64,000 bases of DNA from Azolla caroliniana (GCA_043228905.1 JBHGNT010000017.1:5580001-5644000), one strand, 5' to 3'; shown: positions 37,603-50,389, counted from the first letter of the stretch. Program-made: numbers and translations. The notes: generated from the letters alone by a model not told the origin.

Positions 37603-40600
37603 ATGCAAAGGCAGGGAGGGACTATTCTATCTAAGCATTTGATCCACATAAGATTCATTTATGTTTCTTTAAATGTCAAATGTTTGGCATTTACATCAAA
37701 TCTTCAAGGACTCAACTACAAGTGCAAGGAAATGCAATATAGAACTACTAAGCATGCCCATAAAACAAAAGAAAGTTCATGTTTCAAGCTTGGCACAATT
37801 GAACTATGTATAAGAAGACTTTGCCAAAAGCTTAAGGATTGCCCTGAACATCCCCTGCCCCAAAGTATTGGATTGATCCTTACAAGCGAATCAAAAAGCT
37901 ATGGATCAACAAGCTTACATATAGGCATTCATATCTCGCATTTGATAATGATTCTTATGAGCATCTAATTTAACAAAATATAGTCTATATATTTTACATC
38001 TTAACTTAGTGTTTGCATCCTTCAGCATTGAATCACTCTATACAAATGTAATCCAGAGTGTCTTATAATTAATCTAGCTTATGTTCAAGCCTTCTATGGC
38101 TAGGACATTCACTCAGCACTAAACCATAAAACTAGATTGCAAGCCTTGTCATGATAGATGTTTTTCTATGAAGAAGTTTGTAGGATTATTAAGTAAAACC
38201 TGGCAATAATCGTACAAAAGATTGTACAAAAACTAATTAGATTCAAACCATTGGTCTATTGCAGTGCACCTCATCATCTACTGTTGTATATAGCATATTG
38301 ATAAATAGCACCATCCATTTGTAGATCTATTTCTTCTTAGAATTTTTAATCAACTATTGAATTTATGATCAACACATTAAGCTTAAACAGTAAGTTAACA
38401 TCTGATTATTTAATCTTAAACAGTAAGTTAACACCTCATTATGCAGTATACAATCCGACATCATTCGTCACGCTAACATAATATAGATCCATGATGAATA
38501 CAACAGTTTTGACAATTTCATAATAAAAAACCAATTCACTCATCGTCTGCATTCGGGAAAAAATATGGAATTATCCACCCAATTTGACAGCATCTCTGGA
38601 CTTGTTCTGACACAAAAAGCTGCAAAACAAAGTAGCCACATTGAAGGAGTCAGTAACTGTGACAAAACCAAATCTCCCGACCATATATGGATACTCTTTC
38701 TATCAAAAAGCTTTGAAAGGCAGACAATTGATCAGTGCAGCTGGTGCATCAGCGGAGATGTCGTTGGATTAGCTTCACTTAGACATTTGATAAAGTATTC
38801 GATTAGTTTGAATTAATAAGAAATACAATCAAACCCTGCCCATAAAAAATGGGTGTATGATAACATTGAAGAGCCATACGCAAACACAAATTCAAGCATG
38901 TAGGACTTTATTTCAAGCATGAAGAAATCTTGTTATTCGAATGTGAAAGGAAGTCCTAATTTCAAACACGAGGAAAACCCCTACTGAATGTGAAAGGAAG
39001 TCCTAATTTTAAACATGAGGAAAACCCCTACTTCTCAGAACATATAGTTTATATCATTTCACTTCTTGGAACTGATTAATTGCCGACAAGATGCACTTAT
39101 ACCGCTATATGAGGAATGCATAGAGATGGATTCAGTAATACTACGCTAAAATCCCCAAGACATTGATACATTCTCATAAAAAAACATCGAGAATCACAAC
39201 ATTGGTTTATGTCCGTTTTGATTTTCTGAGCTAATAAATAGCTGATGATATAGAATCATGCAAAACCTTTGGATGTGCTTTATGGTTTACCTTTATATTT
39301 TGCTCGGTATCAGAACATCAATCGATACAAAATCCATCAAAAATCAATGTTTTAATACCATGAACACGAAGCTTTGAAAAGAAAAATACAATAGCTTTCA
39401 CTTGACGTGAACATGATCATTTTCCATCATCTATGGTTATTTCCTTAAACCTGAACTAATTAACTGTTGTTATGTTCTGAATCAACAGCAAAACCTGAGC
39501 ATACACATATACCCTTTGATAAAAAAAACTTTAGCAAAAGAAAAAATCAAACCTTTACAAAATAAAAACAGGGGTATGTTGTTAAACCAAAGAGCCATAT
39601 GTTATTAAACCATCTACTGAAAAGGTTGAAAAGGAAAATAGCATCATTTCCCATGGACATGAATATAGTTATTCATGAAACCTGAACTAATCATTTGTTG
39701 TATATTCTGAATCAACAGAAAAACCTTACAATATATGTATATCCTTTGATGGAAAAACATTTAGAAAGGAGAAGATACATGGGTGTAACATCGAAAAGCC
39801 ATATAAAACCACAAATTCCAAAGATAAAGAAATCCTTCCTTGAATATAACCTAATTTCAAGCATGAAAAAATCTTTTTTATTGAACATTATCTGAGTTCA
39901 AATAAGATGAGAAGCCCTAATTTCAAACATGAAAAAAACAATACTTCTCTCAACTTTAGTTTATGTCAATTTGGCTTCTTTGAGCTCATAAATTGCTGAT
40001 TACATCAAGTTATGCAGCGAGTTTATGAGGATTACATAGAAGGATTTCATTACATGCATTACACACATACAGATTCTAAAATTGCCAATAATCAAACACA
40101 TTTTCAATAAATCCATCCAGAGTGACAACATTAGATTGGAGAGAAGCGGTTATATGAAAGACATTATGAAAAAGATGCAAGTCAAGGACTATTCTATCTA
40201 AGAATTTGATCTACATTGATTTTTTAATGTTTCTTTAAATGTCAAATATTTGGCATTTACACCAATCTTCAAGGACTCACCTACAGGTGGGAGGAAATGC
40301 AATATAGAACTACTAAGCATGTCCATAAAACAAAAGAACGTTCATGTTTCAATCTTGGCACAAATGAACTATGTATAAGAAGACTTTGCCATACGCTTAA
40401 GGATTGCCCTGAACATCTCCCCGAAAGTATTGGGTTGATCCTTAACACTTCTTGAAACGCACCAAAAAGCTATGGATCAACAAGCTTACATACATGCATT
40501 CAAATCTCACATTTGATAATGACTCTTATGAGCATCTAATTTAACAAAAAGTAGTCATATATTTTACATCTTAACTTGGTGTTTTGCATCCTTCAGCAGT

Positions 40601-40655
40601 AAATCACTCTATGCAAATGTAATCCAGAGTGTCTTATAATTAATCTAGCTTATGT
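37603..40655. repeat. Diverged direct duplication: ~37603-38084 matches ~40175-40655
   Basis: Collinear ~480-bp match from GGACTATTCTATCTAAG to TAATCTAGCTTATGT; additional diverged repeats at 38850-39200 / 39780-40130 / 42515-42860. Confidence 0.88.
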
Positions 40656-42507
40656 CAAATTTTCCCAAGTTTAAAGATCACCAATAATCTTTTTCTTAGA
40701 ATCTTTGGATGGGTGCTCTATTCATGTTCATTGTATAAACCGAGGGAAGCTAGACCCTAGAACTATAAAGTGTGTATTTATTGGCTACTCATTCGTAAAA
40801 CAAGCTATAGATGTTATTACCCTCAAACTAAGAAACACTTCATGGTAAAATATTTAAGGAATTGGAGTCATACTTTTGCCATTTCTAATCTTCACAGAGG
40901 AATTAAGTGTAGAAACTTACTATGAAATCCAATACATCTTGTTCTCAGATTAAGTACTTGTTGTGACATAGATCTTTCACTACTCTATGCTGAACCGGAT
41001 AATAACCAGCCACATAATCCCTCAATAGTTACCGAACCTTTAGTCTAGGGTCAAGAGACCCTCATGAATAGGAAATGTCAACCTATCCAATATACAGCGA
41101 TGGAATCAGAATAACCGTCAGATCTGGAATTCAGATTCACAACCTATTCTCGATTCTATGCCTCAACCAATCAAGTCCCTAGAGATCAAAGCCCCACAAA
41201 AAAATCTTCAGAAACTGGCCAGCCAAGAAGAGACAACAAATCCTAACAATCCATGGTTTGGCAAGGTATAGTCAAGGAAGAGAGCAGCTGCTCATGAACC
41301 TATGCATGTCCAAGACTCTCAAATCTGACTTCTCAAACTGAGCTAAACCCTATCCATCCATCTCAACAAAGCTTAGTGTACAGGGGATGATGAGGAAGAG
41401 ACAGAATTTCAACAATATTGTCTCAACAAAGAATTTTGAGATGAAGATATTAGGAAGGCATTAAATCAGGCCAGTCTAAACATAGAATTTTCATTTCTCA
41501 GAAAAGTTATTCCACAGATTTTGCTCGAGGACTTGAGGAAGGTTGCGTGCAAACCAGCTAGCAAACCAATTGACCCAAATCACAAATTGGGAGAACACAA
41601 AGGAAGATGAGTGCATAGACAAAGAAATGTAGCAAATTTTGGTTAGAAAGCTAATCTATTCATCACATAGAAGGCCTGATATTGCATATGCAGTCGGTGT
41701 GGTTAGCCAATTCATGCATAATTCAAGAAAGGTTCACTTAGAGGCAGTACATCTAGCACTGTAATATGTAAAAGGCAATCCAGGCCAAGTTATTCTTTTA
41801 CAAGAGGAACAGGGCTTGATAGATAGGCATATACAAATTCGGATTATGCAGGTTCAGTTCTAGATAGGAAGGAGATCAACATCAGGGTACTGTAACTTCC
41901 ATTGGAGGAAATCTAGTGACATGGAGAAGCAAAAAGCAAACTGTGGTAGCAAAATCCAGTGCTGAAGCTGAATTTCGACCAAGGGCACAAGGAACATGTG
42001 AAGTTTTGTGAATAAAAATGGTCATGAAAAACTTGAAAATCAAAATGGGAAGGAGAAATGCAGCTTTACTGCAACAACAAATCAGCAACCCCATTAAATA
42101 GCATACAATCCAGTACAGAATGATAGACACGAAACACATGGAGATGGACAAATATTCCATAAAGGAGAAGGTGGATAGTGGTCTGATCTGCAGATCGTAT
42201 GTGCCTTCACAACAACAACAACAACAACTAGCAGATATTCTCACAAAATGATTAATTAAGCAATCCAACATTCCTACTGATCTGCAGAACATATGTGTCT
42301 TCACAACAACAGCAACTAGCAGATATTCTCAGAAAAGCGGGATTAAGCAATCCAAAGGCATGTTTTTACCTTGTATTGGGGCCAACCCAGCATCGAAGCC
42401 TTTAGTAGTTTCGATTTTTTATACACTGTTTTCTTGTATAAAAGGGGAATCAAAGAAATTAAGGACAAACAAGCTAGATATATTTTCTGATCCTATATTC
42501 TTCCACA
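40656..42507 (+). mobile_element. Old, deleted Ale-like copia remnant (INT tail, RT end, RNase H, probable short LTR)
   Basis: Frameshifted pieces: NRGKLDPRTIKCVFIGYS, LIYSSHRRPDIAYAVGVVSQFMH, YTNSDYAGS, GGNLVTWRSKKQTVVAKSSAEAEFR, DTKHMEMDKYSIKEKVDSGLIC..YVPS..QLADILTK; ends ...TTCCACA. Confidence 0.82.
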
Positions 42508-42945
42508 ATTAATATATCCTGAATCAATAGCAGAACCCAACCCTATGCGTAAATACTTTGATCGAAAAACTTCAACAGGAAACATAATCCAACCCTAATT
42601 TACAAAAACAAAAAGACTTTATAATTACATGAAAGCGCCATATGCAACCAGAAATTACAAAGGGGAAGAGATCCTTTCTTGAATATATACCCTGGTTTCC
42701 AACATGACAGTCTAATTTCAAATTTGAAGAAAAACTCTGATTTTAATCATGAAGAAAAACCCTACTTTCAAACATGGCTAAAAAAACAGTAGTTTCAAAC
42801 ACGGAGAATGCCTCTACTTTTGAACATGAGCATAAACCCTAATTCCAGACATCGAGGAACACTAATTCCAAACATGATGGAACTCTTCATTGAATCATAC
42901 AATACAAAGAAAGGAGAAAAACTCGGAGAGAGAGAGAGAGAGAAC

Positions 42946-43043
42946 CAGGTAACGAAATATCGAAATGATGAGACGATGAGGTTAACGGACCAAAGAATGA
43001 CAGTACGTCGGAGTCTACCCCGCGGAGGCACAGCCATAGCCAT
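42946..43043 (-). other. Putative first exon of an unidentified small-ORF or non-coding gene
   Basis: GAA-rich leader, ATG at 43043 (MAMAVPPRGRLRRTVILWSVNLIVSSFRYFVT), GT donor at 42945 followed by a CT-rich intron start, upstream TGGGCC motifs (43275, 43612), candidate acceptor TTTTGCAG at 38620. No homology recognised. Confidence 0.3.
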
Positions 43044-43529
43044 ATCTTCTTTCTTCCTCCTTTCCTTCTTCTTCTTCTTCTTCTTCTTCTTCTACCTTCC
43101 TATCCTCCTCCTCCTCCTCTCCCCTCCTTCATGGAAGTCAATCAGGGGAAGACATATTGCTGTGCGTGTTGCGGAGAAGAAGAATGTCGCTGTCGCAGCA
43201 ACAGAAGAAAAGGACGCGGTACAATCTCCCAAATTCATTGGCCCCTCCCCTCCCCAATGGAGATAATGGATGGATGGGCCCTGACTGATTCACTGATGGA
43301 TTGACTGACACTGACTGACTGACTGACAGATTGATTGATTGATTGATTTGATTGATTGATTTGACTGATTGATCCACTCACTGACACAAACTGGTCAATC
43401 TCTGTTCTGTCGTTCTCTAAAATCTGCCCAAAAAGGAACACATGATGAGGAATTTCTATGAATGATGAGGAATTTGTATGAATTAAACCACATATATACA
43501 TATTACAGACATATACATATGTATGTACA

Positions 43530-43562
<33 letters not shown>

Positions 43563-43723
43563 GATTCATTCATTCCATTTCTTCGATTTTCCTTTCGTGC
43601 CGGACATTTTATGGGCCTCCTTCCATTTGATTTTTGTCCGCCCATCTTCTTCTTCTTCTTCTATGCAACTTCACTCCTTACAAATACTACTACTTCTACT
43701 ACTACTTCTACTTCTACTACTAC
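43044..43723. repeat. Cluster of simple repeats: (TTC)n, (CCT)n, (GACT)n, (GATT)n, (CATA)n, (CTA)n
   Basis: Visible directly; explains several low-complexity ORFs. Confidence 0.9.
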
Positions 43724-44230
43724 TAGCTATGGGCCCGGTTTCAGCTCGAACCAAACCGTTAAGCCATGGTTTATTGGTTCCGAAATTTTTTAATGGTTTC
43801 GTTTCATTTGGATTTTTAATAAACGTTTCGGTTTCAGTTCGGCTTGGTTATAAAACTCAGGTTTATTGGTTTATAAGGCTTCAATGGTTTAGTTTTAAGG
43901 TTTTTTATTTTTTTTGTTGAACTTTTTTCTTCGCCTTAAATAGTTTATTAATTTAATAGTTCAATTAATGGTTTTTCATTGATTTAATTAGTTTAACTTA
44001 AATGCTTTTTTAATTTAATGTATTTTTTGTTTATTTAGATTTTTAATTAGTTTTGACTTAAATAGTTAAGTTTAAATTTTTTTATTAAACGGTTTGGTTT
44101 GGTTTCAACTTTTCCCTCAACAGTTTGGGTTTAAATGGTTTGGTTTGGTTTTTGTTTTATATAAATGGTTTAGTTCACGTTGGTTCAGTTTCAAGGGAAA
44201 GAAACCGAACCGAACCATGGCCCATCGCTA
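43724..44230. mobile_element. Non-autonomous hAT-type MITE
   Basis: 11-bp TIRs TAGCTATGGGC / GCCCATCGCTA (10/11); 8-bp TSD ACTACTAC / AGTACTAC (7/8, inside a CTA microsatellite); many subterminal (C)GGTT(T/C) / AACCG motifs; AT-rich core. Confidence 0.8.
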
Positions 44231-44232
44231 AG

Positions 44233-44270
<38 letters not shown>

Positions 44271-45057
44271 GTGTATAGTTTTGGACATTCCCATGGAACA
44301 AACAATGAATTACTCTCTCCACAAATGCAAAGCTTAACCTAATCCTAATTCCCCATCGATACATAGAAGAAGAAGAAGTCTTTAACTCTCGCTCGGGCAG
44401 GATAGAAGTTTGACCTAGAGCATCATATGCTTCATCCCCTAGAATGGACCTTTTCAAGAAAACGGGTGGAATACCGAGTCGTGTGCGTCGTCGACTAATC
44501 ACGAATCTTCTTAGATGCGAGATACAATTTTTTAAGATATATATATATAGATAGATAGGGGGTGGGTTGGTAGGGATTTGTCTTTTTTCACGCGCCTTTT
44601 GAATTCCTAAAAGAATGAAACCTTGACATCTGAAAAATGCCAAATGGAATGGAATGTACGACAATCAAGTGGGTGTGCTTCTTCTTTTTTCAATATTTCA
44701 ACAGTGTGTTTTCTTTCATAAGCTTTCAAGTGATTCGATGTGAGAAGATCCCCGATTCATAATATCGATACGTTCAATTCTCATGTGCCAATCACAATCA
44801 ATATATACATCAAGCATAACATGATGCATTCCCTCATGATGTTCTTATAAATGGTATGAAGGATAAAAGAAGTCACACGTGCAAAGTCAATGAAGATTCA
44901 TATATAAAAAAAAGCCATGTATGAGCATATAAAAAGAGACCCATGCATTTGTTTATCTTTTTAACCAACTCCAAATATACGATCCTACTGTCTACGTGTA
45001 TATTCCATGTAGAACTCTACTTTGACTTGAGTTTCAAACTTGGATCAACTTTTTCAA

Positions 45058-45395
45058 TGAATTGGGGTTTTGAAAACAACAACTACGCTCTCGGATATGT
45101 GAGGCTGCAACTTAGAGATAAGAAAATTCTCGGAATGGCACCGTTATGAATAATTCATTTGTCTAATGGCATTTCATGTTTGAACTTTCAACAACTTGAT
45201 TGAAAGAGAAAAAAGAAAAAACTTTTTCGATGAATTGGGGTTTTGAAAACAACTACTACACTCTCTGATATGCGAGGCTGCAAATTAAAGATAAGAAGAT
45301 TCTTGGAATGGCACCGTTATGAATAATTCATTTGTCTAATGGCATTTCATGTTTGAACTTTCAACAACTCGATCGAAAGAGAAAAAAGAAAAAGA
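45058..45395. repeat. Tandem duplication, ~172-bp unit x2
   Basis: TGAATTGGGGTTTTGAAAACAAC...GAAAGAGAAAAAAGAAAAA twice. Confidence 0.92.
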
Positions 45396-46373
45396 AAAAG
45401 GAAGGAACAGGTAAGAATCTTATGTATGATGAGGGCATATGAAAAGAAAGAAAGTTTGTTAAGTTTACTTCAATTAATGCCAACTCTTTTCAACTTCTAT
45501 CAATCAACTAATTTGTCGAGGTCATTTATCCTTTTCATGATTGTGATGTGCCTAGAATAGGCATTCGTCATGAAGCGTGTTTCTGTACTAACGAAGCAAA
45601 TGAAGTATTATTGATCAAAGAAAGCCTACAAAAAAAAGTATGTTGTATTATTTTTTATGAGCATTCATATCTGAAAGGCATCCGTAAGCATTAATGTGTG
45701 AAAAGGGGCATAGAAGAAGCTTATGTCGCCTAGTAAAGAATATTTATTTCCCCATGTATGTCTTCATGGGATCTTGGTTCTTAGTCTAGTGTCACGATCA
45801 AGGAGTATGCTACCACCACTTGTTGGAGGTATGGACAAGAAGGTTTCAAGTGATTCAATGCGAGTGACATGTGTACACATACCGTATGTTTATTGTAGCA
45901 ACATTATCCTTTCCTCTCCATTCACAGATTCCTTGTTGATCAAGTTTGAATGTTCTTTCAAAGTCTTTGGTGATTTAACATGGGGCTTTGAACCCATTGC
46001 CATCTTTTTCTCAATAATGACTTTATCCAAATATTTATTGATCCTGATTTTCTCTCAACTATCCCCTTTTGTTTGTTATCCCTCCTGTGACATCTACCCA
46101 ATTCTTTGAGTGCTCCTAATTTGACACTTTCTAAGTATTTTATTTTGGGTTTCCCACCATTAAGATATCTAACAAAGTCACACATACGTAATCGAGATTG
46201 TGATCAATTATTATCAGGTTGGGACAATGGTCCAATATTGCTTGTCAAGGATCAATTTCATACACATTGCAAAAATTACATCTATGCATGTGCACTTTGG
46301 CTAGTTCAAGGGGTTTGCTTTTGACATTTTCCTTTCATGGACACTGACCATAACACAACACAATGCTAAGCGT

Positions 46374-46572
46374 ATTGGTACTTAGATTCATAGATCATCA
46401 TCAATTTGAAAGCTTTTTTAATCCTCGTAAATGAAGATTTCAATTGTTACATTAGATGTGGGCTACACATCATTGGTATTTAGATCCATAGATCATCATC
46501 AATATGATGAAGTATCAATTTTGAAAGCTTTTTTAATCCTTGTAAATGAAGATTTAAATGGTTTCATTAGAT
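46374..46572. repeat. Diverged tandem duplication, ~100-bp unit x2
   Basis: ATTGGTA.TTAGAT.CATAGATCATCATCAAT...TTGAAAGCTTTTTTAATCCT.GTAAATGAAGATTT twice. Confidence 0.85.
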
Positions 46573-47260
46573 TTCGACTATCATTATTACAATGGTTTTG
46601 TTGCGTGATTGTTCAAAAGTCAAATGAACCTAAACCCGATAGTCAATTATTAATGATATTGATACCATGAAACTTCGGTCTGAAATTTTTAAAGAATCCA
46701 CTTGATGGTGTCAAAATTTTCCGAGAACATGCTTGGATTTGTCTGTTATGATCTTCAAATTTGGTCTCCACAAACACTTTGCAGCATGGAATCTCCACAC
46801 CTCTTCATCCCCATGAAAACTCTTTTGAGGACCTCTCCTTAAGAAGCATTGGCTCTCTTTCACATTTCTCTTTGGCAACCAATGATTCCACGTTGGGAAA
46901 TCCTGTGCGGAGACGGTCTAGTAGCTCTTTTGCATTTTGTCTTTGTATCCCCAAACCAAACCCTGATGATGTTTTAAGTTCCAACTCACAGTTTTGATCC
47001 ATCTAATGTCTAACACCGTCTCTCATCATGGGCAAAAGGAAACCCAAGTTATAATTTAGACAGAAAAATCCATCATTGTGTGTCTATTGGTCTCCTTGAA
47101 ATCTTCCGTCTAATTTTTTATCCACTTTTAACACATTCTGGACTATGACAATTCCCCCTTCTTGCCTCAACAGCAGGTTGCGTGCGCGTGTTTGATGGTG
47201 TTGTAGGTTCCGACTGCAAGTGCCTAAGATGTTCATTTTCTTTTCCACTTCCTAGGCATT

Positions 47261-50200
47261 TCACACATGTGGACCTAGGTATATATTCGACATCAAAACA
47301 AATGCGGCGAGATGTTTTTCATCTAAACTTACCACATATTCAAAGGCATGTCTACCAACCTCAGTGTTGCTCCATTTCCGGCAAGCCCCTAGAATGGTGA
47401 TCCATGTGACAACATCAGGTTGGAAGGGAATTGCGATCGACATGATGATTGCATTGATCAACTGTCCAGCACGAGCAACAAGATCGATAATACAATTATA
47501 ATGCTCGAGGTTCGGATTTATATCATAAACTTTAGTCATTTCTTCAATGTACAAAATCCCGTTAGTGACTAAACCTACATGATTACATGCGGTGAGAATG
47601 CTCACATAGGTAACCGAATCAGGGCGGATGCCTGCGCCTTTCATTTGATGAAATAATAACAGTGACATTTCAGGCTCTCCTTGTAAGGCATAACCTGATA
47701 TCAATGCATTCCATACCACGAGATTCTGTTCCGATGTTGTTTCGAATACATTCTGAGCATCGGCCATCTTCCCACATTTGGAATACATGTCAACAAGAGC
47801 ATTACACAAAATTGATTCGGTACAATCGAGTTCACAAACTCTACTACGATTCTCCATGCACAGAGTAGCATTTCCTATCAATCCTACCTTGATAAGGGAG
47901 ATATGAATATCTTGTGCAGTATCAATAGCTCCCAAATTTCCACATGCCTTCACGATGCACACATAGGCAGTGGCATCAGGAAAGATTCCATACATTTGCA
48001 TGAGTTCCAAATTGATTAGTGCATTCTCATTAAATCCATGATTAGCATACCCAGAAATCAAGGCAGTCCATGACACCAGATTCTTAACATGTAGTTGATC
48101 GAAAACATCTTGGGCCTCTTCGAGTGATCCATGGATGGCATACATATCCACAAGCATACTCCCAACAAACGGGTCTCTTTCCAATCCAGCTATATTAACC
48201 ATTGAATGCATTTCAAGTCCTCTATTGATTGCTCCAGAAGCTCTACAAGCCTTCAACACGTTTGCAAATGTTGATGCATTAGGAGCAATACTCTCTTTCA
48301 ACATCATTATATTGAAACAATCAAAAACTTCTTCAGTAAGACCACAATCAGCATAACCAGCAATCAATGATGTCCATGACACTACGTCACGATCTTTCAG
48401 AGTATTGAACACATTTTGTGCTTCTACAAGTAGGTCACACTTCACATACATATCTACAAAGCTATTGCCAAAGAATAGATCACTGTCAAATCCCTCTTTC
48501 ATCACTTGTATATGTATTTCTCGCCCTCTGCCAAGAGCACTCGAGTAGCCACAAGCCTTCAAGCTACAAATACGAGTTGTTGCATTTGGAGACACGCCTT
48601 CCAATTCCATTTCTTTCAAGCATTTTGTTGTGCCTTTGGCATCTCCATGTTCAGCATATCCAGCGATAAGTATATTCCAAGAAATTATATTTCTAACTGG
48701 CATCTCATCAAACACGTCCTGGGCTTCGATAAGTAGTCCGCAGCTGCCATACATATCAATCAATGTGTTACCAATGAATAAATCCCCTTCAAACCCTTCT
48801 TTGACAACCTCGGCATAAATTTCTAGACCTTTCTCTAGATTGCCAGCAATATCACATGCTTTCAAGCTACATAGAAAAGTGGTAGCATTTGGAAATACAC
48901 ACTCTATTTCCATCATGTCCAGGCACATTAATGATTCTCGACAACGACCATTTTCAGCGTACCCAGCAAGAAGTGATGTCCAGGAGATAACATCTCGCTT
49001 CAATAGTTTATCAAACACGTTTTGAGCCTCAATGAGAAATCCAAATTTGATATACATATCCACTAAAATATTACCAACTGCAGTATTATCTCTCTCAAAC
49101 CCCATTTTTATAGTGCCTGAGTGAAGCTTTTGACCTATAACACTGCATCCTATATTGATACAAGCTTGCAAAGTGCAAATATAGGTGGCACTATTTGGAG
49201 AGACTCTATCTTTTTTCATGCTTTCCAAACAAGTCAATGCATCTTCGGCAAGGCTACAATTTGTGTAACCAGTGATAAGAGCAGTCCAGGAGACAACATT
49301 CCGTTCTGGCATTTTATCCAATACTTCACGTGCCTCGTCAGGAAGACCAAATTTCAGATACAAATGTACAATATTATTTGCAACAAAAAACATCCTCTCA
49401 AATCCTCTTTTAACAACCTCAGCATGTATTTCACGACCTTTGTCTATGCTTTCTCTACCCTCGAGAGTTTTTAATATACAAAGGAATGTGACTGGATCAG
49501 GTGACACACCCTCCAATCTCATGGTTAATAAACAATTTTCAAGTTCTTCACTAAGTTTTTGCTCGGCATATCCAGCAATAAGTGCATTCCACGAGACCAC
49601 ATCCCGAAATGTTAATTTATCAAACAATCTTTGTGCATCATCCATCAAATTTTGTTTACTATACATATCGACCAATGTATTCCCTATTATTGGATCAACT
49701 TCAAGACCTTCTTCTATGATCTTTGAATGCATCAATTTGCCTTGTTCCACATATTTGAGCCTCGTACATGCTTTTAGAGTCGACGTAATCGCATACTTGT
49801 TAGAATGTGTAGGCTCAACTTGCATTTTCTTGAAGAGATCAAAAGCTTCTTGCGATTGGCCACATTCAACATATGATTGAATAAGGCACGTCCAAGACCT
49901 TTCAGTCTTATAATTTAGTTTGTTGAAAAGCTGATGGGCATCGACTAAGCTCCCTGACTGCACAAATGTGAGAACGAGAAGGTTTCCAAGAACTTTATGA
50001 TTCTCCAAACCAGCATTAATAATGCACTGTTGAACATGCTTCGCATATTCAGAACTTCTATTTTCTTTGGACTTCTCACACAGAGAGATATAACTCTCAA
50101 TCGACTCATTTTCTGATGATAATATCAGTTGATGCAAAGAACCATGAATGCAGACCTGCCGCATGTTTGAAATGTTAGCAACATTTACTGTGTCAAAAAC

Positions 50201-50389
50201 TTCGGCCCGTGCAAAAGGGCTAAAAGGAAGAATCCCAGTATCGTTATCATGTCCATTGTCATTGCTTGTGATGAAATGATTAAAAATTGAGGGTCTATCA
50301 ATTTGGACTTGACTTGCACATCTTGAAGACATGTGGATAGCACTGGTTCTGATTAGGCTACATGGGTCTAGAATATAGGTCAGTCTCAT
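47261..50389 (-). CDS. PLS-class pentatricopeptide repeat protein with E1 and truncated E2 (organellar RNA editing factor type)
   Basis: 1042-aa uninterrupted ORF with ~8 P-L-S triplets (LVDMY.KCG...AQ.VF, RDVVSW..LI.GYA), then EHYNCIIDLVARAG, PFQPDVVTWITILGAC and AAFVLMSNIY, then a stop; no DYW. Start codon uncertain. Confidence 0.93.
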   Translation of the reverse strand: MRLTYILDPCSLIRTSAIHMSSRCASQVQIDRPSIFNHFITSNDNGHDNDTGILPFSPFARAEVFDTVNVANISNMRQVCIHGSLHQLILSSENESIESYISLCEKSKENRSSEYAKHVQQCIINAGLENHKVLGNLLVLTFVQSGSLVDAHQLFNKLNYKTERSWTCLIQSYVECGQSQEAFDLFKKMQVEPTHSNKYAITSTLKACTRLKYVEQGKLMHSKIIEEGLEVDPIIGNTLVDMYSKQNLMDDAQRLFDKLTFRDVVSWNALIAGYAEQKLSEELENCLLTMRLEGVSPDPVTFLCILKTLEGRESIDKGREIHAEVVKRGFERMFFVANNIVHLYLKFGLPDEAREVLDKMPERNVVSWTALITGYTNCSLAEDALTCLESMKKDRVSPNSATYICTLQACINIGCSVIGQKLHSGTIKMGFERDNTAVGNILVDMYIKFGFLIEAQNVFDKLLKRDVISWTSLLAGYAENGRCRESLMCLDMMEIECVFPNATTFLCSLKACDIAGNLEKGLEIYAEVVKEGFEGDLFIGNTLIDMYGSCGLLIEAQDVFDEMPVRNIISWNILIAGYAEHGDAKGTTKCLKEMELEGVSPNATTRICSLKACGYSSALGRGREIHIQVMKEGFDSDLFFGNSFVDMYVKCDLLVEAQNVFNTLKDRDVVSWTSLIAGYADCGLTEEVFDCFNIMMLKESIAPNASTFANVLKACRASGAINRGLEMHSMVNIAGLERDPFVGSMLVDMYAIHGSLEEAQDVFDQLHVKNLVSWTALISGYANHGFNENALINLELMQMYGIFPDATAYVCIVKACGNLGAIDTAQDIHISLIKVGLIGNATLCMENRSRVCELDCTESILCNALVDMYSKCGKMADAQNVFETTSEQNLVVWNALISGYALQGEPEMSLLLFHQMKGAGIRPDSVTYVSILTACNHVGLVTNGILYIEEMTKVYDINPNLEHYNCIIDLVARAGQLINAIIMSIAIPFQPDVVTWITILGACRKWSNTEVGRHAFEYVVSLDEKHLAAFVLMSNIYLGPHV

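Noticed and set aside
37833-37882. TAAGGAT...ATCCTTA hairpin in both duplicated blocks as a snoRNA or miRNA
   Set aside because: Only 7 firm base pairs, weak inner pairing, and no convincing C/D or H/ACA boxes.
42808-44664. ORFs 42808-43266, 43235-43645, 43462-43920 and 44191-44664 as genes
   Set aside because: They are kept open by microsatellites and MITE sequence, and the products are low complexity.
46650-47260. Cryptic DYW domain downstream of the PPR stop (ORF 46805-47002)
   Set aside because: No PG box, HSE/HAE, CxDCH or DYW-like terminus in the frames I read.
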